From assembly GCF_964355755.1 (NCBI RefSeq), contig NC_092671.1, positions 2,232,001 to 2,296,000 of the forward strand: DNA of 64,000 bases. Direction: 5' to 3'. How positions within the stretch are numbered: position 1 is the first letter of the stretch; each line of letters opens with the position of its first letter. This DNA is from Antedon mediterranea. Taxonomy: Eukaryota; Animalia; Echinodermata. This document shows, one piece after another, positions 35,201 through 48,400 of the stretch. The position numbers and the translations under genes are program-made. The notes under the pieces were generated by a model, which made no database searches, was not told the origin of the DNA, and worked only from the letters and a program-made list of their open reading frames with translations.

Positions 35201-38105
35201 CTACTGTATATTGAGACTAACTACAGACTTAAGCTCTGTCTACACTAAACCTGATGTGACAAAAATATGTGATGTGCCCATATATGGACATGATGATGTC
35301 ATATCACCACCATATTTGACAAGATTAATACCATATTTGGGCATATCAATCTAGTTTGATAGTGCAGACAGAGCTTTATGAAACTGATAAATAAAAGTAT
35401 GTTACCCTTCTCCTACTAGTCTGTCCGTTTCCGTCATGTGATATTGATACAAAACATTTGCCGGTCGTTTCGCATGGCTGCATACCATTATCACACAGCT
35501 CATCACAGGCGCAAAAAAAAGATTTTCTCGTTGTCATGTTGGCATTGAGATCTTGATCATCAGCTATTTAAAAAAACGAAATACATTAATTATCAAACTA
35601 AATAATGTCAAAAATGAATATAAACCTTTAAATTTAAATATATAACTAATAAAATATAATAAAACATACATTTAGCTTGCTAAAAATCAAAGTCTTATTG
35701 ACAAAAATCCCATACATTGCAAATTTGATATAGCGGCTCTTAGAATGAAACCATATCAAAAGAGCTGTACATTGAAATTACTGTATTTCCATAAACTTGT
35801 TTAGTTATCAAAGCTAGTTTCTGACCGATTTGACACTGGAAGATCGTTTCCATCAAAATCTTTTGATATTTTCAATTTATTTTCATTACAACATATTTTC
35901 ATTAAAAAAGAAGAAACACATTCCATTGCAAGTTTCATGTCTGTTTTCTTTGAAATCAGAATCATAGAAATGTGTCCACCGGAAGAGAAAGCGGAGAAGA
36001 CGAGGCAAGATACACATCTGTCAGGTTTCTCAAATCCCCCTGTTGTCATGGAGATATGGATTGTTTATGGTGAATTGCGGAAATCACCTGCAAGGGATAT
36101 TGTGTTATAGTATCATATTTTTTTTATGCTGATCACATACAATTATTATTCTATTTCTGTGTGGTATTCCTGATTTATGTTATAGATATTTGTGATATTT
36201 GTGAATACTAAATGTTCCCATAATGGTTTTAACAACAATAAATAAATTTAGATTAATTGGGTTGAAGAATAAAGCTCTGTTTACACTATTAAACTAGTTT
36301 AACAAAAAAAGTGTGATGTGCCCAAATAGGATAGTGATATCCCCAACTATGGTCATGTTATGACATCATCATGTCCATATATGGGCACATCACATTTTTT
36401 GTCGCATAAAGTTTGATAGTGTAGACAGAGCTTGGGAGGGGTGTGTTTATTAAAAGTACTTTTGCTGATTATCTCCTAACAGAAAAAGATATACAGTATT
36501 CCATATCTACAGCAATTACAGAAACATTCTCAATAGGGAGTTAACAGCCTCCAATATTCACAGCTTTTATAGATAAGCTATATAAATATTACATTAAAAA
36601 TATGTAAAGAGTCTACTCTACCTGAAACATTATCACAATCCCCTTAATTGAATTTTTCAATATTTTTTGTCAATCCGACAAAACCTATCCAAAGTGAATA
36701 AATTAGCGGAAAACCCAGACATTTAATACTATGGTAGATTATAATTAAACCAATATTAATTATTCATATTCATTAAAAATTCAACAAGACTCATGGTTTG
36801 CCGACGGGAAAAAAAATTATTCAAACTCTAAAATACCCGGTTATTGTCACACGCGCAATGCGACGTAAGAGATATTGAAAGAAGATGATGTCTTGAATAA
36901 CAATATAGCAATTTACAAATGATTAATGAAATTATTATTCTTATACCATAATAATTAGCGTCAGACTTATGAATGGTGACGTTCCATGAGTATGTAAGTA
37001 TGAGACACACAGAATATGTATATTTTTCGGAGAATTTCATTTAAACTGTAGTTTCTCTAAATGTTATTTTTGGTTTTATTGTTAAAAAAAAAACATAGGA
37101 AAGTCTATTGTGAATCCTCAACATAATCTGTACTGGATACATGGTTTAATTTATATATAAATACTGTAGTCTTATAGTACGAACCGAAATACCTATTAAC
37201 ACAAGATGAAACATATCAGACAGGTTCTTCTTATATAGAGATAAGTGGCATAATGAAGAGGAAAGGGGTCCCTGGTTTAGTACTCCTAAGGGCCCTCTAA
37301 TGCTGGGCAGTTGCATTGACGCTGCTCATGTTTCTGTACCGTCTAATCTCTGATTCCCCTGGGTTTAGCCAGTGAGCACTCATATCTATTACGCCATTGA
37401 TAAAGATATTGTATATCGATCCTCCATAAACATAAAAGTCGGGATCCTTTAATCTTCTCAAATGTATTAAACCAAGTAAAGCAGAACTTAATACATTTCT
37501 CACTACTCCTATTAAAAGAAGGTGGTGAGCCTTCACACTAATAATACCATTCACACGTCGGCATTTATTCTTTCACGCTCAACACCGGCTGGTTACTGAT
37601 AAACTTCACACTCTCGGCTAAACTGTAAAAACGTATTCTTTATAATTGCAAGCTTCAATAACGTTGAAAGCTTTTATCACAGGTTTTAATTCTATAATAA
37701 CATCTTTCATAATATTATATTCTATTTTCGTGAAATCAAATAAAAGCATATTTTTTAATTTGCTTGGCACGTGCACCCAAAATTAAAAGCCTTAAAATAG
37801 CCTAAAAATAACTTACATGAATAAAAATCTTCATGGAGCACAAATTTAGCACTAATAGCTACCCCTGTATGGGTACAATAATCCTTAAAAGATTCAGTAT
37901 ATATTACATATAATAAAACGCATCATTATCATCATAAAGTTATATAATACAAACTACTGTACTGTAACTACCGTATATTAAACCACATATACCTGGATAA
38001 ACCAACAATAACCAAACGAAACAAAACAATTTTACCTTTACCCACAAATGGTATAATCCATGAACTTCCTATGAACATCCAGATGAACATTGCACGACAT
38101 ATCAT
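17218..38105 (-). CDS. ACVR1: BMP/activin type I receptor, ALK1/2 (ACVR1/Saxophone) subfamily, ~530 aa, 8 coding exons
   Basis: Exons 5'->3': 38105-38036 (candidate signal peptide [23 protein letters not shown], phase 1), 35563-35406 ([25 protein letters not shown]), 29478-29322 ([12 protein letters not shown] Cys-box), 28068-27851 (TM), 23041-22942 (GS box [19 protein letters not shown]), 19386-18766 ([21 protein letters not shown]45 loop [26 protein letters not shown]), 18306-18176 and 17355-17218 (stop). All boundaries are GT-AG with consistent phases (1593 nt). The first exon is the least certain. Confidence 0.95.
17853..18011. mobile_element. MITE family A
   Basis: Same TIRs and core, with TTA on both sides. 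Confidence 0.85.
20850..20912. repeat. 17-bp tandem repeat, ~4 copies
   Basis: gagggaggtatttattc repeated. Confidence 0.85.
21754..22660. mobile_element. Non-autonomous PIF/Harbinger-like DNA transposon, 907 bp, intact ends
   Basis: Perfect 36-bp TIR cgcccgtattcttaaaccggactttagtcgtagttc at both ends. TAA target duplication at 21751-21753 and 22661-22663. Many subterminal CGACTAAA-like repeats and no transposase ORF. Confidence 0.9.
22800..22933 (-). mobile_element. Dispersed repeat family C
   Basis: ttttcgatccaatttttggtcaa...tgacattaaaatg...ttcagggtgacaatatatctt is the reverse complement of 2037-2180. Confidence 0.6.
23085..23243. mobile_element. MITE family A (diverged)
   Basis: Same TIRs and core with several substitutions. 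Confidence 0.8.
24075..24237 (-). mobile_element. tRNA-derived SINE
   Basis: Minus strand reads ggagctgtagcttggtggttcacatgcttgccttccaa...ggttcgatcctg (A and B boxes), then an unrelated body and an (ATAAA/ATAAG)n tail. Confidence 0.65.
24309..24400. mobile_element. MITE family B (short copy)
   Basis: ta|cagaagaacccc...ggttctactg|ta with TA on both sides. Confidence 0.6.
27264..27690. repeat. ~130-bp tandem triplication
   Basis: tgatattgagaaacaaaaagga(t/c)acctccaaataaagaccagttttt at 27264, 27397 and 27525. Confidence 0.9.
28830..29225 (-). mobile_element. Deu-domain SINE fragments, locally triplicated
   Basis: Reverse-complement matches to the 13637 element (tagtacacc, tctcaaagatgtactaggttctttaaagt, gagaagact) repeat about every 104 bp. 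Confidence 0.7.
30373..30420. repeat. 18-bp tandem repeat, ~2.6 copies
   Basis: ttgaccgagagtggagac repeated. Confidence 0.85.
30860..30945 (+). mobile_element. tRNA-derived SINE head or tRNA pseudogene
   Basis: tggtctagagg (A box) and gggtttgaatcccacc (B box) are present, but the cloverleaf is not intact. Confidence 0.55.
34977..35206. mobile_element. MITE family B (Tc1/pogo-like, CAGTAGAACC termini)
   Basis: cag..gaacccc.tttaaggggacacc...aagtgtccc...tcccctgaatagggg...agaggttctactg|ta. Related copies lie at ~2405-2560, ~6648-6801 and 24309-24400. Confidence 0.75.
35232..35375. mobile_element. MITE family A
   Basis: Same TIRs with TTA on both sides, 30 bp from a receptor exon donor site. 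Confidence 0.85.
36273..36432. mobile_element. MITE family A
   Basis: Same TIRs and core. Confidence 0.85.
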
Positions 38106-38384
38106 GACAAAGAATGTAAAATATTACTGAATATACCTATAGTATCAATGTGAATCGTTTGTAACATAAACAATTTAAATCCACTTTGCATTAAACTAAG
38201 AAAAGCATTTACAGAAACCAAATAAAATCATTTGTTACTCACTATAAAAGCACTTTAAAAGTCATATATATCATTCATGTACACTAAAAACTGTTTTGTA
38301 TCATTTTATATTAATTCAGTACTACTACAAAGAACTCAACTGGATATAAATACTATACATACTGTAAAAACGACATACAATTAA

Positions 38385-38605
38385 TTAATTTATTAACAAT
38401 ATTTAACCAGGATGGCCCAATCAGTCAAAAAGGCTGGTCTCCCTTGGGGCCCTGGGTACAATAGTACATTTTAAACTAAAATATAAAAATAACAGTAAAT
38501 ACAATACAACTTAAACTACAGTAATGCCTTAAAGTTACTTTTAAAAACATTTAAATTACTTGACAATTTAGTTTCTTCACTTAATGTGTTAAAAAGATCA
38601 GATAC
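38385..38605 (-). mobile_element. 3' end of an L2/Crack/CR1-group LINE
   Basis: Minus strand encodes SDLFNTLSEETKLSSNLNVFKSNFKALL*, similar to the WNxLP..IK...SL..FK..LK ORF2 C-terminus. It is followed by a GC stem (cagggcccc...gggccatcctgg) and an AATAAAT tail. Confidence 0.6.
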
Positions 38606-41558
38606 AACTGTAGCTAGGCTAGTATTATAATATACTGTAGTCAACAAATATAGGGCCTTTTATGCCCTTTATATTCAAAATCCTGGATCTCCCACTGATC
38701 ATTGGACGACTGTAGCCTAAATATCTGTTTATCTAGGCTAAGCTACTATAGGAATGAAATAGATTAACTGTATTTGGTTTAAGGAAAGTGTCCAGGATGT
38801 ATTTTACATGGAAAGGAAATGAATGATGATAGTAAAGTATATTTCATAAAATACAAAGCTATTTCTGCATTCTCTATCCATTCTTGCGAATCTATACAGA
38901 TGCTACTACTGTGAGAATATGTTTTCAATCATTGTCCAATATTATTATAAACCTCTCTTATAATGTTGATGCTTATATAACTGCTAAAAGTAGATATCAT
39001 TCATTACACAATAGAAAACCATTAAAACCAGACTCATTAATCTCCATTAAACTACAAAGAATAATATGACCTACAATAATAATAATAATAATAATAATAT
39101 TATCATCATTATTGCATCTATGCATTCCGGTAGTTTATTTAACTGTCTAGTCTAGCTGTATTCATTTAACTGGATAAATAATGAGTTGTTTAAAGTCAAC
39201 ACTTCCAAGTGTGTCCTATACAGCTAACATTCATATCAAGTGGATACTGCTGCCAGTTAATGAAATATTAACTATAGCAAAGCATCATTAATCATAGAAA
39301 AATTGAGTGTCAGCCTTATTGTACATTCAGGCTTGGTTATAAATGACTGTGTTTCAATTGTTACCAAAATACCTAGTGGGAGTAATTAGGGAAAATGTTC
39401 ATAATTGGCAAACAAAATGCACGATAATGGAGAGAAATCCATTAAGTATTAAAATCTATGGCAGGTGAGAAAAATGCATACGTTTTATATAATATTATGC
39501 AAAAATGCTGCTCACTTAAAAAATATTTGACAGACTTGCTTCTACGATAATAACTGAAGAGTTGTGATGATGCAGAAGTTGATAAGAAGGATGAAGTGAA
39601 GGAAGATGATGACAATGAGGAGGATGAAGATTGATGGACAACAAAGAGAGAAAACTGATGAACAGTTAAAAGAAGTGGTTGAAGAAGTTGAAAATATCGA
39701 TGGTGACAAGGACACTGATGACAATTTACAATATAATAAGGAGGATGATTGGTTAATGACAATAATAAGATAATGAAGAAAATGGTTTAAGAATTGAGGC
39801 TCAGGACAATGACAAAATTCATGGTGACAATAAAACTGATGACAATTCAATGACAAATATTAATATTAAATGACAATTTTTCAACTGCAGCTGATGACAA
39901 TACGAAATGACAAAATTTATAGACGAACATTTCAGGTACAAAATACTAGAAGACCTGGAATTTAATCATTTCCCTCTCCTATACATAATTGGACTGTCAA
40001 GTAATGTTCTTAATTAAAAATCCGAAATAAATATATTCACCAGTTTACGCACCATATATCACTGATCAATTTTATTACATCAGGTTGGAATAAATTGGGC
40101 AATAAATCAGTGACAGCCTGTCAATTATCCGCTCATCAATCCATGTTGTGTTTTACTTGAATGCCAGGTCTAGCAACTCATATCATTTGTAACATAAACA
40201 GTTTTTTTTTACGCTACACTCAAAACAGTATGTTATGCTACTCACTACTAGTTCTAATACAATTTGAACACAGAAGAAAATGAGATTGAATTTATCATTA
40301 TTAACCATGTTTTCCAGTATTGTTTAAAGGTTTTACATGAAAAATAAACAATATTAAAAGTAAAGTTTGTGCTACACCAAAGTTTGATTAAAAACAAAAC
40401 AAGCCAACACCTAACATTGTCATATACCACAAACTCTAAACAATGGTACATTGTCATACACTCCACAATGGTACATTGTCATACACTCCACAATGGTATA
40501 ATATAATATAATGGGTGGGTATTGTTCGATTTCCTATTACATATTCCATTGTCATTAAAAAGCCCTTTCAAAAAGACCCTCGCAAAACATTTAAAAACTG
40601 TTACATAACATGCACATCTTCATATACAATGCAATTATTATTACACTTTATTAACGGGTACTGTATTATCTACTACAATAGCACTACTGCGATAGTTATT
40701 GTCTTTAAAATATAATGTTACAGTAATCAGATCAATAACACTAAAAATATATTTGTTTATCATATCTATCTTATAAGAAATACAAAAATAATACCTACTA
40801 AATGAAAGCATTGAAAACAATCTCATGAATAGAAAACTGAGAATAAAGCCTAATCCAAAACAAAAATACTGTTAAAAATATCCAAAAAACATGAATATAC
40901 TGCAATGACGGCAATTAAACTTGTATCTGCTATGGTAGTAGTATCAATTATGAATAAGAAAAATAAGCCTGATACAGAGTGCCGGCTTTCTTTACCATAT
41001 GTTCTTTGGATTCTTGTAAAGCTTTATTCTATTGAACTTGGACCATAGCCTTTGTTCACTATTTCTATGAGATGATCTCTTACTAATTGTCTCAATGACA
41101 AAGAGATGATGTTATCCATTTGTCTGTACGACCACTAATCCTCAATTCTTGCAACCAGATCAAGTACGGTTTTCCTAAATGCATAAATCTAATAACATTT
41201 ATAATTTTTAAAAGTATTTCTAAAGGAATGTGTTGCTGGTAATACTCATAGAAGATCGTGAATCATTTATTGAGAGTATCCAAGTATAATTTTTCATAAG
41301 ATATAAATTTTGGTGACGTTATGAGAACCGTGGGAAGGGAAGGATGCATTCTAAAGAAGAGTAAAATTTATGAGTTGGTTTGACTGACAAATTGAAGACA
41401 AAGAGCAAACCAGATTGGATTCCCAAAAGAAGGAAGATCAAAAGGAAGATGTAGAGGAAGTTGGGAAGGAAAATGAAATGGAAAACAGGAAGGACAATAG
41501 CAAAAGAAAATGGGAAAAAAGATGGAAAGGAAAAAGGGAAGGAAGATGGAAAGAAAAC

Positions 41559-41797
41559 TGAGAAGAAGTTGGGAAGGAAGATGAGAAGAAGTTGGGAAGG
41601 AAGATGAGAAGAAGTTGGGAAGGAAGATGAGAAGAAGTTGGGAAGGAAGATGAGAAGAAGTTGGGAAGGAAGATGAGAAGAAGTTGGGAAGGAAGATGAG
41701 AAGAAGTTGGGAAGGAAGATGAGAAGAAGTTGGGAAGGAAGATGAGAAGAAGTTGGGAAGGAAGATGAGAAGAAGTTGGGAAGGAAGATGAGAAGAA
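41559..41797. repeat. 23-bp purine-rich minisatellite, ~10 copies
   Basis: Perfect repeats of tgagaagaagttgggaaggaaga, preceded by degenerate GA-rich sequence from ~41430. Confidence 0.95.
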
Positions 41798-43334
41798 TAA
41801 AGAATGGAAAATACAGAAAAGAAATTGGTTATGAAATTATGAAGTTTAATGGATTTTTTTTATTGCAATTGCAAATATAAGACGTTTTAATTATGAAATT
41901 ATATTTTAAATCTGGTTATACTTATGAAATAAATTATGTTTGGGAAATATTTGAGAATGTTTACATACCTTAATTTTTAAACTAAACTGTAAATCTTAAT
42001 TAAAATTTCTATAAGATAATACGGATTAGGAAATATTTGAGAAATTTTATACCTTAATTTTAAAACTAATAACTGTAAATAAATGTAAATTTTTATATGA
42101 AAATACAAATACATACAAACTTAAGCATACACATGAATAATATTATATTATATCTTCAACATTTTGAATCAGAAATGAAATTTAAAGCAAAGAATTTATT
42201 GTCAATTAGGGAACACATTAACAATAGAAAGTGGTTGATGAGAGTAGGATAGCAGAGACTTGGAAAAACAGGCAAATCTCTTGAGATTGTTAAACGGTTA
42301 TTAAAATCACCCAGGATTTATCCTGCAAAATGGCACAAATTAATTAGAACAAATTAGGATGCTATCAATACACCTCTGTCAAAATTCTTGGTGCATTTGG
42401 GAAAAATGATCATTTAGCAAATATGATATTTTTGTTTGTCTTGCATTTGAATTATCTAGGGATATGAACAAATTCTTGGTAGAAAAATGTTTTTACATAA
42501 AAAGTACATATTTAAATTAGGGCAGACAGAAAGAAAGTACAATCTATAAACATTAACATAATTTATATCTTTACTTTTTTTAAACGTGGAAGGAGGAAAA
42601 CCATTTTAAAATCCCAATAAACAAGAAGTAAACAAACGACGATTCAAAGCAATGAACACAATGTTTAAAAGTTCATTGCTAAATATATTACAGTTTTATT
42701 TAATATTTTTAAAATTTTAGATTTTTTTTAGGGAAGAAATTATATTTATCTGGAATTTTAATAAAAAAATAAGTTATATGATAAAATGCATATGTTTTTG
42801 AATTATTTTAACCCATTTTTAACCAATGTTCACATGAATGACTGTATGTAAAAATCCCTAGTATTTATTATTGCACAGTTTACAAGAGTTTGCTAAAAGC
42901 TTATGGTCGCACTACACTGGACTTTGAAATCTATTTCGCTATTAGATTGAGCCTCTTCAGTGGACAAATGGCAAATTATCATTTTATTTTAGAAGTAATC
43001 TATCATTTCTACGGATATCATATTCTTGACAAATTACCTCTCATTTTTATTTCAGCTTAGCCAGGGGCCTTTCTCTCGTCATCGTTATCGTTGATACGTG
43101 CTCAATGATTTCAATGATGTGCAATAAACCACCAATAGAAATTTTACTAACAAAAATTTAATAAAAGCACTTTACTACAGATAACCTTCTTTGTTTTAAA
43201 AATCGCTTTATTTACATTAACAATTTTACAAAATAACCAAGTATATATGTAAAAAAAAGTAAATGATAAAAGGTAAGTCCTGTATTCATTTATGAACATA
43301 GGGTAACAAGTTGTTAGGAGTTCATTGTACTACA

Positions 43335-43506
43335 GTAGCCTCGGCATTTAGTATGTGGTAGGGTGGCCAGTTCCTTTCCACGCCGCCTTATCCTCCGTAG
43401 TATTTTTCAACCAGGTACTCATTTACAGCTGAGTAGAATGGGATTTGTCAGGAATTGAACCAAAGTCTCTCTGTTGTATGACAGTTAAGTGTCCTACCTA
43501 ACTCCT
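43335..43506 (-). mobile_element. Degenerate tRNA-SINE with CORE-like segment
   Basis: Minus strand has a B-box-like ggttcaattcctg followed by ctactcagctgtaaatgagtacctgg. Confidence 0.5.
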
Positions 43507-44531
43507 ATATAATATATTATATTTTACAACCTGCAGAAGAATAAAGTGTACATACATGTTTAACTACAAGACATCCTCTATCCTATTTCCATTAGATTAT
43601 TGGTAAACCTTACAGAGTATCAGTGATATAATGTATTATTTTATATACTGTACCAGTGTATCAGTTCCAACAATAGTGTTTATGAAACTTCAATAATTCG
43701 CACGTCTTTGATGAAAATCACAGATTGAACGAATTAATTATAAGTATTAAACCAGGTCACTTGAAACTACTCCCTGTACTTATCCATAAGCCTAGCTATA
43801 ATACATGACCTCTCAATTCCTGGACATCTGTGACAGAAAGAAGAAGGTCTATACCTTTCAAGTGGACAGGTAACAATACTATTCACGGCCTAGCACAACA
43901 CACAGGATATTCACAATAACAATAGGTATAGTAAAATGTGTTTGCTAAACACATGGGAAACAATAGTTGTATAAAGCTGCTGTTGGTGCCTGCATGTCTG
44001 CTACCTTGAGGGGGTTGTAATAAACCACCCAAGGGAGACTTGAAGAGAATTCTTCTGAACCTGCATTAATCACTCGTCTTTGTAAAGTAATTTTAAATAC
44101 CAATCAGGGGGGTGATTTAAACGTCAAGCGATCTACGAAGCTCATTTTGACTCTTAAAATGTTGTTAAAAACCGCTAGATGACGTCAATTATGAATTAGA
44201 AAATGTTAAATTTACACGCACTTACCCAAGAAATTAGTAACTACATTGCGAAAAAGATAAATTGTTATACATTATCCTAGATAGCTATTGACAACTATAA
44301 ACAGGCTAACAGATTGTTATACAAAAACAAATTATTTAGACAATATAACAACATATTCAATTTATGGTAATATTATACAGACGCACATCAATCATAATCT
44401 CTCTTTTTTTAAATAAACAAACTTCAGATTCTGTTTATTTCCACAAAAAAATCATGCTTGTGGGTTTCCCTCCAATTAAAGACTACAGAATAAAGTTTAG
44501 CAATCTTTTACTAATTTTTAAAGTTGTCTAA

Positions 44532-44691
44532 AGCTCTGTCTAAACTATCAAACTAGTTTGACAAAAAAGTGTGATATGCCCAAATATGATAGTGATGTGC
44601 CTAAATATAGTAGTGATATGACATCATCATGTCCATATATGGGCACAACACATTTTTTTGTCACATAAAGTTTGATAGTGTGGACAGGGCT
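44532..44691. mobile_element. MITE family A
   Basis: Same TIRs and core with TAA/TTA flanks. Confidence 0.85.
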
Positions 44692-45185
44692 TTATATTAA
44701 AAATGCCACCAAATATACAAATATACACAGTACAACTGAGTGGAAATATTATAGTCATTTTCCTTGAAATTCAGAATAATTTTTAAAACTAATCTCAACA
44801 AAGTTTTCCTTCGTTTCAAGAATAAAAAGTAATTTTTTTCATCATTAACCTTTTAAAAAAATCAAATTAAACAAGCCATCTGTTCAAAAATAAAAACCAA
44901 ATTTTCAATTCTTAAATTAGTTAATCGTAGCAATAATGGAAAAGCACAAAAACATTGAAATTAATAACTTTTGTCAAATTCCTAATGAATGTTTTTTTTC
45001 GGCTTCACTTGGCAATACAAATTATAGCAAACCGAAGTTTACATTAAAATATGAAAATATAGTTCACTTGAAGATGCTAATAAATCTAAAAATAGGTCAT
45101 GTCGTAGGAATTCAACCTAACCATACTCACATAATTTATTTTCTTAATTATATCTAAATGAGAATAATATAAAAATCTTGTTGAC

Positions 45186-45321
45186 TGGATAGAAAGTAGT
45201 TTTATGTGGTGATATGTTGATAGTGATGTGCCCAAACATGGTAGTGATATGACATCATCATGTCCATATATGGGAACATCACATTTTTTGTCACATAAAG
45301 TTTGATAGTTTAGACAGATAT
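45186..45321. mobile_element. MITE family A (partial)
   Basis: Core and right TIR are present and the left end is degenerate. Confidence 0.75.
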
Positions 45322-48312
45322 TTAATGGCAAAAGTCTTACAAAACTGTTATCTTGTGATTGACAATCTGTCATTATGATCAATTCTTCTCATTTGTTAAT
45401 TTTATCATATTTTAAATATCATTAAAGTATTTAAAGAAATCATCTTTATGGACAACAATGGCGATGAAATTACAACTGAACAAGCAATGGAAAATGATGC
45501 TAAAAGACAAATTTCAACATAGTACCAAAATTAGGAAAATAACGCAAAGTTCAAGACATTTCAGAAAAATATGAAATAGAGATGGGCAGGAAACTGGATG
45601 AGGAAGACACATACATCTATTTGTACACACAATATCAATAGACTTTGTAACATCACCTGACCTCTGACCTCATTAGTATAACCTATTACAATGCAAGGTA
45701 AACCACAAGTAATTTTACAAGACAGAGGGAAGGAACTGCCACATTAGACCCTAAACTCACCTCAATAAATAAACCACAAATCACAACATTGGTAAAATTA
45801 ATACCTGCACAACTCAACACCTTTATAAAATGACAAACTACTGTATACTGTCTATACTGTATAGTATAATCAATATAATAGATATAATATATACAATTTC
45901 TACACAACTTACAGGTAGTAGAACAAATACTTACTGGTACTACTTAACACAGTTACATAAACGCTTAACTTGGATAGCAGACAACACTGTTTTCTAAGAG
46001 TCTGCTTCTCAGAATTCATTAAATGGGACCTAAAAAATTATGGTCTGAAGAGAATTTGTTTGTTTTTCAGGGAGCTAAAGCTAATAGCATTGACCATGCC
46101 ACACGACTATTCAGCTGTCAAGTCGAAAAGTCATTGTATACACATTTAAAGACATGTGCATTTTGTTAATTTAATAATACATTGTCGAGTGGTTGCTAAT
46201 TGCAAGTAAACACTGATTCAAATATTCAGAAATAACCAGTAGAAATTCTGACTATATAAACTGCATCATATTGTAGGTAAAATATATCAAGAAATTAAGT
46301 AACATGCCTAGAACTATAGAATACATTACCTGTTCAAAAGAGGTTTTTCTTTTCAATATTTTTTAATCAATTAAAACCTTCAACATCTATGAATGCATGT
46401 ACAAATTGTTAGCGATATATTTAGCAATAGTCAAGTTGCGTGCGTCCATATCTTGTGATGCAATATCAGCAGTTATATTGCGTGATTGATTGCGTGCAGT
46501 AACACTATGCGTACACATTTATCATTCTTCGACAAAAAAAATTATATGAAGGATGCTGAAAAGAGCTTATCGATGTTAGCTGTAGATAATGTTACTAAGT
46601 CTTAAACAAATAAAACTCTTGAAATTTTACGACGATAGAAATTATGTAAGATAATGCTGCAGATGGAGGATTTTAAGACATGAAAAGTAAAATTATAGCG
46701 AGCTCTAGATATCATAATTATTCATAAGACTATATAAAATTCTTTTAACATCTCAAATTGTCGAGGAAACTTGATTTTATTAGGAATATTTTTTACTACA
46801 CTTAAAATATAACTTGAAACTACAAGAAACTTCTGTCTTCTCCAACTACTTCAACAATTCCTATTTTTATTTTTTTATGAATATTAAAGTTTTTTTTTTT
46901 TAAACTTTCTTCAAGAGTACAGAAGATTTTCACAATACAATATAAAAAACGGAAAACTTTTCTTGAGGTACAAAAGGTATCAAATTTGTTTTCACCATTA
47001 AAAACACATTCAGATTACCTGTACCAGAATTTTTGGAGAGACCTACTGTACTATAGTAGGCCTGCTGAAAAATGTCCGGTATTAGGAGAGTTTGTATGTA
47101 TTCCTATACTATGTTACTGTATATTGGAAGTACAGAACGATATTTGTTTTTTCTAAATCATTTTTTCCTGTTTGACAATCACAAAATACAATACTATTAC
47201 AAACAGCTATTCATTCATTCATTTATGACAAGGAAATATTACTACAAAACTCATTAATATTAATATCAAAATTGATTATCCCTGTTGACAGCAACTCAAT
47301 TCAGGAACAACATCGCACAGATTGAGCCTAACTAACTATTTTCAGAAGTACATTAATAAGTAGAAACAACATTTTTTGGTAAATTCATTTATCAATCTGC
47401 TTAAAATCATGAAAAGAGTCACAACAAATTCCAAACAGGCTTAAACATTGCCTCTCATGGGCACGCAGGGGTTTATCAGATTTGGAATATGAACTGAAAT
47501 CACCTTTATGAATAGATGTTTAACACAGACTAGAAGCCAACAAGTCTGCCCACAAAATCCTAACCTGGACGACTAATGTGTTTCAGATGGGCCTACAATC
47601 CGACCGATTCCAAAATCATGTACATCTTACGTGAAGACTTAAGTATGCAATTTGTGTAATAAGTACTTAACAGAAAAAAAAAGAAAAACACAAATACAAG
47701 AAGGTATTTATCAGCACACATAAAAACAACAATATTTTTTTTAAAACACAATCATTTTTTTCAGGAGTGTATAAGAATTATCATAAATATATTGAACATT
47801 TTTGGCATTTGGTAACTAGAATCTTCCCATTGGAATGGGACATCTTAAAATCAATCTCCAATTGGATGTAAATTGGAGATTGAGGGAGGGGGAGAGGTCA
47901 GTTTGTATCCTTTACACATCTAGTAAAAACATTATCATATTTAGTTTTCAGATAACAAAATGAATAATAATATTAAATTCCGCACTAATGAGTTGAACTC
48001 TGAGATGTGCATCCAGTTTGTACTGTACTATTGCAAACAAATCATAAACTTAACAAATAGAAGTAGAAACATAAAAAAGATGCATAAAACAATCAGAGGT
48101 CACGCCAAAGGTCATTTAAGTATTTATTGTACTGTACCACCTCATCATGTCTACTATTGTTCAATCAATCTTAAATAAAACATTCTATCATAATTATTGT
48201 CAATTTTATGACATGAAATGATAATGTATACATTTATTATGATTAATTAATGCAATTAGTAGGTGACAAATAACAACACTGTACTTTTTTTAGGCTAAGT
48301 AGAATAGAATCA

Positions 48313-48400
48313 AAGTTCACTATTATCATTAACATCATTATAATAGTATAAGATATCATATCAAAAGGATCATTATGATATTAATGATAATATTGAACTT
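48313..48400. repeat. AT-rich inverted repeat with 26-bp arms
   Basis: aagttcactattatcattaacatcat ... atgatattaatgataatattgaactt. Confidence 0.7.

Noticed and set aside
39442-39856. Two overlapping Ser/His-rich minus-strand ORFs
   Set aside because: Low-complexity GAT/GAA/GACAAT-rich DNA with no domain similarity or convincing splice context.
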